In this document: positions 36,002 to 46,448 of the stretch, piece after piece | Layout: every line of letters begins with the position of its first letter | How positions within the stretch are numbered: the first letter of the stretch is position 1 | Source: Yuukianura sp. NJ FZ-2021 | Lineage: Eukaryota | Direction: 5' to 3' | DNA length: 64,000 nucleotides | Assembly: GCA_046563655.1 (NCBI GenBank) | Contig: CM102284.1 | Location: 7,564,001-7,628,000 of the forward strand | Translations under genes and position numbers: made by a program | Notes under the pieces: model-generated | The model's input: only the letters and a program-made list of their open reading frames with translations | What the model was told of the DNA's origin: nothing | The model's database searches: none

Positions 36002-36704
36002 AGCATTGTTGCCCAAGTTTTTTCCATTTCGTAATTTCGTGTTATTCAAAAAGCTTGAAATTCTGAAAAGTTTTCAAAAACTTACCAACTTTCAAATGAG
36101 CTTGAAATACATTCGGATTTCGAACAAAAACAAAAAGGCTTCAAGTTTTGTGTGAATTTCAGACTTTAGTTTCATAAAAAATGTTTACCCAATTGGAAAT
36201 TAGAGCGGAAATAGTTAGATTTGAGGTTTGTTTACTCAAGGAACAGAAGGTATCCGGTAAAAGTGTTGGGTTATTGCGGTACCACTTCTGGAATTGTGTA
36301 ACACTTTAGTCTTCCGCCTTCTTTCCAGTTGATCATTGGACACTCAAGTCCTTTTAAGTTATAATTGTTACTCCAATGTAGCTCCAAAGTGTCAAAATGT
36401 TCCATTTTTTATAACGTGAGCGTGAGGTCACGAGGTCAGCGCTAAGTCGTTATGAAAACAGACACTGCGAGGGCGTTGAAAGTTTGTTTTGTTTGGACAA
36501 TCACAACAAATCAACGTCAATCAACAAAAGTTTTTAGCAGTTTCGGAAAGAACGCTGACCAAAGTAGGTCAGAGGGTCAGATTGGCATCAATACAAAACA
36601 GCATTGTCGACAAATTCTGTGAATTTTGAAATTTTCCAGTCGCAGCATTTCGATTTTCGTTTCCTTCAAGTTGTACATTGACTTTGTGTGAGTGACATTG
36701 CAAA

Positions 36705-37420
36705 ATGGACAGGGAAATGCAAACTTTTCGGGGTCACAGCCCCAGACCCTCTCCTGGGGGGCAAGAAACGCCCAAGGCTGTTCCGGGCGTAACAAATATT
36801 CAGCGGGAAGTGGAAGAGGTAGCTAAGTTTTGGCTAAAAATTCAACTTTTGCTGAAACAAAAGTTTAAAAGCTTAATTTTCATCATAAAAAGCTTTCTTT
36901 TGCAAAGTTTTTTGTCAACTTTTGAACAGATTACTGAGATTATGCGAATCAACATGCAGAATATTGTGGAAAGAGAAGCCAAACTTTCAGAATTGGATGG
37001 AAGAGCAGGTTTGTTAATTAGTTTTCGTGATAGATTTAATACAATAGTCAAAGTTAAACTTTTACAATGTTTTTGTTTAAATTTGCAGAAAATTTGAGTG
37101 AGCGGTCTAAAATATTTGAAAAGACTACAAAAACGTTAAAAAGGAAACAGTGGTGGAAAAATATGAAGGTTGACGTTATAATAATTTGTTTATAGTAATA
37201 AAAGATTATTTTTACTTCACTGTTTATAGTATTTTAAAACTTCTTGTTTTCAACAGTGGATCATTATTCTGGGAATTGCTGGATTGATACTGCTGTTGAT
37301 CATTGCTCGTAATAACATCTTGTTTCGAAAAATTTCAAAAAAAAAATCAGAAAACTTAAAAAAATTGTACTAACTTTCATTTGTGTTTTTTTAGTTTGCA
37401 TCTACTTTGCCTTTCCGTAG
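36705..37420 (+). CDS. Synaptobrevin/VAMP-family R-SNARE, paralog 1 (5 exons)
   Basis: IQREVEEITEIMRINMQNIVEREAKLSELDGRAENLSERSKIFEKTTKTLKRKQWWKNMK followed by a C-terminal TM WIIILGIAGLILLLIIALCIYFAFP. Confidence 0.9.
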
Positions 37421-38227
37421 AAAATTCAATACTACGCCAATTCAATTGATTCCAACATGTTACCTGACTTAATTAATTATTAATTAGCACAATATTTAAC
37501 ATTGATTAAAACATAAACAAACACTTTTTAGTAAAAGTAAAATAAATGAGATTGTAAATTCTCAAAACATAGAGTTTATTTCGCAAAAAAAATTAATTTT
37601 TGTTGTTAGAAAGCGCCGTATAAAAAATTATTACCTTCGTTCGTATGAAAAAGAAAAATTGGAATGCCGTGATAAGTGACGTCACAAAGTTGTAGTGAGT
37701 GACGTCACGAAAAAAATTTGAAAAAAAGGGTGAACCTTTTTGCTCCGCATAATATCCGCATAGCATCCCGCCAAAATCGATGGTCCACTTTTTAGATAGC
37801 AGTCTGCACGACACGCAAAAATCAACACAAATCACACTGCGACTTTTTACCAACCGACACTCACTGTTCTCTTAAATTCATAAAGTTTAATTTAAAATGC
37901 ATTAAATTATCATTTACATGAATAATTCTATTTTTTACAACATAATTACTAAATTAGAAGTTAAAGTGTAAAGTGCTACTCAAAAAACGAAGCCGGAAAT
38001 TGTGGCAATGAAATGTCAGGCAAAGAAAAGACGTACCATTTGCAGCCGCAAGTTTCCTTAAGTGTAGTATGTCTAATAATAATACGACGGTTCCTGAACA
38101 ATCTTAACTGTTCAATTTCAATTTCATTGAATTACTCTGAATTACTTTAGTCATTAATTATCAAAAGTAATTACACTTTCTCATGTTAATTACTTTGAAT
38201 ACCTTTCCAAAGTGAACTGCTTTCGTA

Positions 38228-38909
38228 ATGAGTAGGATCGGAGGTCACAGCGACAAAGAATCACTGACCAAGGGGCAGAATCAAAAAATAGCAAAACTGC
38301 AAGGAGAAGTCGAAGATGTAAAACATTCGGTTTTTTGACTTTTCATTTTTTTTTTTCAAAATTTCCAATAAAAGTTTTTTTTTCAAAATTTTGAGGAAAA
38401 GTTTTTTGCAAAGGTACAAGGTGTGCTAAAAGATAACATAAATAAACTGCTGGACAGAGATCGAGATCTTAAGCGACTGGAAGACATTTCAGGTGAACAA
38501 AATTCAAAAAGTGATCAGTAGGTACGCTTAGTTTTTAGTTTGAATTTGTAAAATCGAAAATATGTGAATTTCAGCGGGATTGAAAGATGGTGCAGATCAC
38601 TTCGGGAATGTGACTGCAGCACTTAGGCGAAAACAGCAACAAAAGAATAGAAAAGTAAGAAAAACAATATTTTTTCAAAAAATTTTGAAATTTTATTTTT
38701 TGTTAGGATGTGACTGTGTTTGTGTTTTCAAACTGGATTTCCAATTTGTTCTGATTTTGACAGTTAAATTTCATTATAATTGCCGTCTGCGTTGGAGTAA
38801 TTGTCACTATTATCATCATTCTTACAAGTATTTCTTTGAATTTCGCCTTTTTTGTTAAGTTATGTTGAATTTCTAAGTTTGTTTTGTTTATTCAGTAGTG
38901 CTGACATGA
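38228..38909 (+). CDS. Synaptobrevin/VAMP-family R-SNARE, paralog 2 (5 exons, divergent)
   Basis: LQGEVEDVQGVLKDNINKLLDRDRDLKRLEDISAGLKDGADHFGNVTAALRRKQQQKNRK followed by TM LNFIIIAVCVGVIVTIIIILTIVLT. Same intron positions as paralog 1. Confidence 0.85.
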
Positions 38910-39977
38910 ATTTTTTGACACAATTTTCAAAATCCTGCCATATTTCGCGTGTTTCATTTACATCCAAATCCAACCCAGCTTTCTAAATTGATCTAAAAAC
39001 TTCTCACAGTGTTTGTTCAAATAAAATCCGATTAATGGAGTAGAGTTTGAGTCAATATTTGCTCAACTGTAATTTTTTCCAGTGTTTTTTATTTTTCAAT
39101 AAAATCTGCCTCTGTATAAGCGCATCTCTTCAAATATCGCGTCAAATAAGCACTTCAAACTCTTTTCTCATTTCTGAATTGAATAGTGATAGATCATTTA
39201 ATATTTCATTTTTGAAGTTGAAATTGTTCGTGCTGCTGCCACACTTCAGTGACTTTTGAGTTATCGCTGCATACAAATGTCAGTAAAGGTCGTCTCTGAG
39301 GTCAACTGGAACAAATGAACAGAAGTTAGTTTGGTTTTTGATAAGATGAACGTTTGGATAAAATTTAAAACTGGGCTAAAATCCCTGCAATTACACACGC
39401 CATAACTTTTTTTCATTTGAATTCATATTTAGTCTTCTGTAAGTTTTGATTCAACTAGCGTCTAAACTTAGCAGAAATGTTACTAAAATTTTATTTTTTG
39501 GTGACCTTGACTTTGGTGCTTTTGAGTGACCTTGGAGCACTTTCGTACCAGTTTAAACAAAGACGCGGAGGTAAAACATTTTTTTTGGATTTCTTTTTTT
39601 TAGTACTAAAAACAGTCAAAAACAAAGAAGCTTAACAAAAGTGTTTCACACCATGTTCAAAATTTTTCGGTAATTTCAAAAAGATTGTAAGAATATTAAA
39701 AAGTTGAGCTCTGTTTCGTTTAAGGAATTGATGTGAATCCACAGCACGTTCCCATAATCCGTTACACCAGCGAACGGCACACGGTGGTATTTACACCGTT
39801 TTAAGCTTAATTTTTACAGCTTTACTTCACTTGTGACATGCAAACATTATTGACTAAATGTCACTCCCACCTTCTGCGAAAGTGGAACACTTTTTGTCCA
39901 AATTTGTGCACTTCCAATTCATTATATTTTTATAGTCACAACTCTCATGTGTTCACATTTCATACCTTAACCTAACT

Positions 39978-40346
39978 TAACCGTATGGGTGCCACTGGTG
40001 TCACAATTTGTGACACACGTCGGAGTAGTGCCAAATTTTTGAAAGAAATTGTGACGTAGAAGGTGGGGGATTTTATATGTCACGGGAAATATTTTTGGCT
40101 GCACAAACGGACCCCAAACAACACCCTACACGCCTCCATATGCAGAGGCGGATTTTTTAAAATAAAAGCGTCAAAATTTTGCCATACATTCCCCCGTGTC
40201 ACAATTTGTGGCACCCATGGTCAACACGCGTTGTCAGCTGTGTCACAATTTGTGACAACTTTTTCTATGAAGACTAGCCTATGGTACTTTTTGTGCCTCG
40301 ACTAGTAGCACCGACCGTGACAAAACCGATGGTAGCCGTACGGTTA
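39978..40346. mobile_element. Degenerate MITE-like element upstream of the GH125 gene
   Basis: Imperfect TIRs TAACCGTATGGGTGCCA / TGGTAGCCGTACGGTTA. Three internal copies of the near-palindrome GTCACAATTTGTG(A/G)C. Confidence 0.5.
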
Positions 40347-40594
40347 AAGTTAGCCTAACCCAATTTAAAGTTAATTTATACTCGCCAAACTTTAAACACA
40401 ATTGAATTGTTCCAGAGAACAATAAAACTAAAACAATAGATTTTTAGTGCCTTCCTGAATCCCGAATCCGTCGCATTACTTGTGATTTTTCTGAACATTA
40501 AAAGTTAGTTCGAAAAAAGAATTCAGTGAAAGTCATTATTTAGTTCATACTTTTCGAAAAATGAGTTTTGTGTGTTGTGTACTGAAAACTGAAA

Positions 40595-42721
40595 ATGGTT
40601 AATCGTAGTTTGACGAAAAGTCAAGTCAAACTTTTTCGGAGTGTCGGAGGTCAACTGTGGTCAACTAAAATTTGGACCAAGTCATTCTTCCTTGTTCTGC
40701 TAACTGTTACACTCACTTCATTTGTATTCATTGTTACTTTAAGGGGAACCGAAAAAAGCGAAATTGCACAAGTTCAAAGCAAGTTTACAACAAAAAAGTT
40801 AAAAATTTCGGGTCTTTAGACATCTAGAATTTGAAAGCTTTGAATCATTTTTGATTTTCATTTTGATCTTTCAGGTAATTCTGTTACTAAAACAAGAGGT
40901 CACGTGAGACACTCTTCGACTTATAAGAATGTTGGCCCTGGAAATCAAAAAGTTCGTGGCCCGTACCGTGGATCCGGAAAAACCGGTACGAGTTCGACCG
41001 TACCGGATGCTAGACCGGCACCAAGTAAACGGCTCTTCGTGAGTCCAACGGTAGAAGGAGTGATTGATCGCGTTGCGGCCAAAATCACTGATGAAACGCT
41101 TAGACAAATTTTCAAAAATTGCCTTCCAAGTACCTTAGGTGAGAAGACGCTTCTTTTTTTCAAAATCTAAGAAAATGTTCAAAATTTTGAATTTTGATTT
41201 TTTTCTAGACACAACTGTACTGTACCACCACAAGGAAAACGAAACATTCCCTTACACCTATATCATCACTGGCGGTAATTCAGCATTCTAAAATTCCTAA
41301 AATGCTTTTTCAAAATCAAAATTTCGCCCAAAAATTAAACTGAAAATCAGTCCTATTAAGTGCAGTTTTTGTCTAATTTATCGAAATTTTCCATTTTTTT
41401 GCAGATATTGCTGCAATGTGGTTAAGAGATTCTGCGGTAAGTAGCAAAAATGCCAAGAAAAATGAAAATTCTTCAAAAATCAAAATATTTTTTCTTTCAA
41501 TTTTTAAAAAATTTTCTGTTTTCTGTTTCTCGGCTTTCTCATTTTTACTTTTCTCTTTTCTGATTTCAGTACCAAGTGAATCCTTATGTCAAACTGGCCC
41601 GGAATGACAGTGACCTGCGTGACCTCGTCCTCGGGGTCATCAACACCCAAGCAGAAATGATCAATCTCTATCCCTATGGAAACGCTTTTTACCCCCTCAA
41701 GCACTGGAACACCACTTTTCGTCACTCCAAATCATTCTCCAGTGATGACATTGTCCACCCCACGTACAATCCACAAGAAGTATTCGAAGCCAAGTATGAA
41801 CTGGACAGTCTAGCCTCTTTTCTGTATTTGTCCAAGCACTTCTGGGAAGAAACCGGTGACGTTCGATTTCTGTCCAACCCTAACTGGCTATCAGCTGTTA
41901 ACTTAGTCTTAACTACAATGAGAGACCAACAAGCTGGAACAATTGAGATATCACGTCAACCTCCTTATACGTTTACCCGACCAACCAGAACTCAATCTGA
42001 GACACAAAATCTCTACGGTATTGGAAATCCCGTCCAACGGTGCGGACTAATCCGAAGTTTTTTTCGTCCATCCGACGATTCAACGATTTTCCAATTCCTG
42101 ATTCCGTCCAACGCCATGGCCGTCGTGGGCCTGGAAGGAGTTTCGTCCATTCTGGATTCGGAATCCGTCCATCCAGAACTATCTGAGTCACTTAAGTCAT
42201 TGGCCACCGAAGTTCGGACAGCAATTGAAGCTTATGGAATCGTTAACCACCCTACATTAGGACGAGTTTATGCCTACGAAGTTGACTGTTACGGTGGACA
42301 TGTCTTCATGGACGACGGAAATTTTCCGTCTCTGCTGTCACTTCCGTTTTATAAGTTTGTGGCTCGGGATGATCCGGTTTATACTGCTACGCGCCAGTAC
42401 ATCTTGTCTGCCTCTGGAAATCCTTATTTTGCCAGTGGATTGTTTCCTGGAGTCGGCAGTCCACATACAGGACTACAAAAAACTTGGCACTTGGCTCAAG
42501 CCATGCAAGCATTTACTGCTACTGATGAACAGGAAATTGTAAGAATGCTGGCACTACTGCGCGATTCGACAGCAGGAACAGGTCTTATGCATGAGTCGTA
42601 CGATGTTGATAATCCGTCATCCTTTACCCGCTCATGGTTTGCATGGGCGAATACGTTTTTTGGAGATTTGATTCTGTACATTGAAGAAAATTATCCGCAT
42701 CTCCTAGAAACTGAATTTTGA
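40595..42721 (+). CDS. Glycoside hydrolase family 125 (exo-alpha-1,6-mannosidase / Mug157-like) with an N-terminal membrane anchor, 565 aa; exons 40595-40778, 40875-41138, 41209-41274, 41405-41436, 41570-42721
   Basis: GH125 motifs NCLPSTLDTT, IITGDIAAMWLRDS, PYGNAF, KYELDSL, FRPSDD, AYEVD, MDDGNFPSLLSLP, GSPHT, MHES, FTRSWFAWAN. Spliced length 1698 nt, assuming a GC-AG first intron. Confidence 0.93.
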
Positions 42722-42851
42722 GGAACCTTTTTGATACTTGCAGGTCAAAGGTCAAGGTCAAAGTCTTCAAGTACGAAACTTTTTGTTAAAGTGCTAAAAA
42801 ATAAAAATGTATAAACTGTATGCTTATTTGAGTTGTCCTGTTGTGAATATG

Positions 42852-45600
42852 TTAAGTGGGCTTGCAGTAACAGAGTCTTTCTAGGAAGGCGTCTCGAACA
42901 CAGCTGACGTCTGTCGAAATTTTGTTCAAACGTAGAACGTCGGAGTAGATTCGGTAAGTTCCCCAGCCCTCGGGATCTCCTTTCCTTCCAAAGAACATAA
43001 CAGTAGCCTCGAACATGAACTGGCCAGGGTCAGCGTAAAACGCCACAACAAACGTTTTAACAAGGTTCGTTTCTTCGCCAGTTTCGATTTGGGCTCCTGC
43101 GTCCACGTTGAGCAGTTTGAATTCAGCACATTGAGTGGGTACAATAGAATTAATTTCAGTGATTGCTGTTTCAGCGGCTTTCCGTAGATGGGTATCATTG
43201 ACATGGAGACGTCTGGGCACAAAGCAAGCGCAGTAGGCAGCAATAATTCCAGCTTGTGAGCACTTCCGATCCAATGGTACTTGAGTGAAAAGTGACTGGC
43301 CATAGCGTCGATGCATTTCTTCCTTCGTTATTCTGTTTCGAAGGGGCGTAGTTTGTGGTACTACTGTAAATTCATCCAAGATTTGATTCAGCGTCCAGAA
43401 TAGATCGTAAGGTGAGGTCAATCTCCTATACACATAAAACAAGAGAAAGTTAGAGATTCCTTGCATCTACATGATTTTCTTGTCTTGCCAATAAAAACTA
43501 AAGTATATGTTGTCTCCTTACTGAGAATTTACTCGAATTGAGTTTAGCCAGTGCGGATGTGATTTCCGAATGGACGGAGGCAGGTAGATCCAGAGATTTG
43601 GCAGTTTATCTTCGTACCATCCAGCGAATGTTTGTCGAATTGAACCATAGTGGTAGCCGTGATCGGACATGAACAGCATGATAGTATTGGTGAGGTTGAC
43701 ATTACGCAAAAATTCAGCATGCGTTTCATCACCGTATTTCGCACTCATCAGGTTTCCGTGTGCAAGATTCGTCTCCCAAGAGAACGCAAAGTACGGCACG
43801 GTTGTCTTCTGGCTACCTCTGCTGGTGGTGATAACATCGTCGACGTAGCGCAGCATAACTTGTTCGACTGTGTTAGGCCCGAGGCACGGAATCTCGGGGT
43901 GCTGAAAATTCACAACAGTCAGTTACTTTAATTAACGTAATTCAGCATTCAGCTGACTATTTTCTCCAAATTAGTGTCCATTGTGTATAAAAAAAAAGTG
44001 TATATTGTTATGGTGTCAGTTCTTAGTCTTACCTTACTACGTATGTGCTCGTGGACAGAAACCATAAATGGGCTGAAATATTCCCAACACATTCAGATTC
44101 AGCATTTACCTCACTACTTTACAACAAGTTTAACATTTAATTTTTGCATTGGACTATACAGGAAGTTGTACTTACCGTAAGTAAAAATCCGTTGGTTCCA
44201 TAACAAATCCCGTTTTGGCGGAACTGAGCGCTGCTAGTCTTGGTGAATCTTCGATTAAGGCCGTGAGGTATTTAGCCTCGGAAAATCTGGTCCATACATA
44301 GTAAGGATTACATTCGTCTTGGCTTTGTTCGGTACTCAAAAGGCAAGAACGCCCTATCTCATCTTCGGAGTAACCAGAAAGCAATACAAACAAATTTGGA
44401 AGTGTGTTCTGACCGACTACACAAAAGCAGATTAGAAATTAAACTCGCTTGGCTACATGGTGTCGATTAAAGTTCCAACCTTTTGTGTATCCAAGCATTT
44501 CCACTGCTCCGAGGTCTCTGAGGACTTTGCGGGTCCGAGGCATCGTACGATGAAAACTATTTCGTGCCATGGAATCTGCAAATGTAACCAAAGATTTTAT
44601 GTCGGAATAAATCTTAATTCCACGCTATCTTACCAATTCCAATGATGAGGACATTTGGTGGCCTAACTTGAGGGGATGTTCTCCAATGCTTCACCTTTTG
44701 TGTAACTTTGGGTGTTTCTGGGAGTAGAGCCAGGGCGTGAAAACGGCGATAAAGAATATCCGATGTCAAGAGCCAATACTTTGCCTTGCAATGAACTCGG
44801 ATAAACGGTGCTTTCACTGCTGTAATTCTCTCTGTGATCGCTGTACATTCCGAAGAGTACCTAAGATGAATACAGGAAAGTACTACCGATAACACAATAC
44901 AAGCATCATTACCAGGTACTACAGCTCGTCGACATGATTTGGTATTTTTGACTGGCTGGACGTTGCTTACCTTACTCTCCTGTCTGCGTATTTGTCATAC
45001 TTATCAATGGCTTGAGTTATGCGGTGAATTGTATAGTAGCAGCAGGAGACGGACGAAGGGGAGTAACCCGACTGTAGCATTGCAGTTTCGTTGATGAATA
45101 GAAGCTGAAACAAAGGAAATCATGTTAACAACTTACAACTTGATTCGCCAATCCCAACAAAATTAGAGTTCTTACCGTATTATTTGTATATGTCCATAAC
45201 CGAGGTTCTATGGCCGAACAGTCAGGAGGAACAATGTCTTCTTGCATGAGTATTGGCAATACAGATTCATCCCAGGCAGTCAAGTTGAGAATTGAGCAAG
45301 AAGGTGTGCGAATAAGGTATCCTAAGCCAGCTATGTCCTCCGAACTCAGGAAATCTAAGGTCAAAAGTAGTGATAAATGATGATCAAGAGGCTCTTCGAT
45401 TTAAAACGCATTTAAGTGTGACAAGAATTACAGTTATGGCTGAACACGGTGGGCGGGGGTGGTGGATTGTAGTATCGATAGAGTTGAATGGAGTAGAGCC
45501 CGAGACTAAGCAAAAAGATGATGAAGCAGAATGAAAAACAGAACTTCCGGTTGCGTATACTTCTCAAAGGCAGGTGAATGATGTCTGCCATTTGAGTCAT
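42852..45600 (-). CDS. DUF229 family protein (alkaline-phosphatase/sulfatase-like fold, type II membrane), copy 1
   Basis: N-terminal TM; TPSCSI; PNVLIIGIDSMARNSFHRTMPRT; GYTKVGQNTLPN; LAH; MSDHG; RLTSPYDL; RKCSQAGIIAAYCAC; CYC terminus. Introns in phase. Confidence 0.9.
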
Positions 45601-45712
45601 TCTGGAAGGAATAAAGAAAAAAGTTAATAGTCTTTCGCTGTAGTGAATATTTAACAAGTGCCCGCGACTCGCGAAGTTTTTTTTTCTTTTTGCAAAATTA
45701 CCTTCAAGGACC

Positions 45713-45970
45713 GGAACTCCTACCGAAAACTCGCGAAGCTCGTTTAATTGAGATAAAAATCTCAATTAACTCAGTTTTTTACGCTGATTACGAATCTGTA
45801 ATTAGTTTTGGGCGGTCACTACCCTAACTTAACCTAACCTAACTTTAACTAAATTGTGCCCCCACGTATGAGATAGGGAGAACTAGGATGCCCACATCTG
45901 GTACTCTGGGTGAAAGTGCAATTTCCTATCTCTCCCATAGAACCGTTCGCGAGTTTGCGGTAGATAAGCG
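45713..45970. mobile_element. 258-bp MITE with an 8-bp target-site duplication (hAT/P-type size)
   Basis: CAAGGACC at 45705-45712 and 45971-45978. Subterminal IR CTACCGAAAACTCGCGAA / TTCGCGAGTTTGCGGTAG (17/18). Absent from the paralogous region near 49320. Confidence 0.75.
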
Positions 45971-46194
45971 CAAGGACCAATGATAGACTTAAGATGCCAT
46001 CTTGGAACTTTTATCCTTTCACTTCTAAGAGTCGATACTGTTCATAAATTCTGTTTCCTCCTATTTTAGTTTTACATTGTTGTCTGTCAATCGTATTGAG
46101 TTCATTGCGGAATTATATCCTGGTCAAAGATTTTAAGTTATAAATATAAAGTTACATAACTTATAATGTGAGGTTCCTTGACAACCAAATTGTA

Positions 46195-46325
46195 GTCAAC
46201 GTTGATGATACGTCAGCTTATATTACCCGCTTGTACTTTCTGTGGGCAAATAACGCTTCTTTGGCGATTTGATTCTGTACATTGAAGAAAATTACCCGCA
46301 TTTCTGGAAAGTGAATTTTGAGGAA
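46195..46325 (+). pseudogene. Frameshifted remnant of the GH125 3' end
   Basis: Aligns with 42605-42725 (e.g. GATTTGATTCTGTACATTGAAGAAAATTA...GAATTTTGAGGA) with indels. Confidence 0.85.
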
Positions 46326-46448
46326 TCTATTGATACTTAAAGGTCAAAGGTCAACGTCAAAGTCTTGTCAAATACGAAACTTTTTGTTAAAGTGCTAAAG
46401 ATAAAAATGTAAACTGTGTCTATTTGAGCTGTCTTGTCGTGAATAATG

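Noticed and set aside
40595-42721. GH125 as bacterial or fungal contamination
   Set aside because: Its introns have the same A/T-cluster style as neighbouring genes, and its tail is co-duplicated with the adjacent DUF229 gene.
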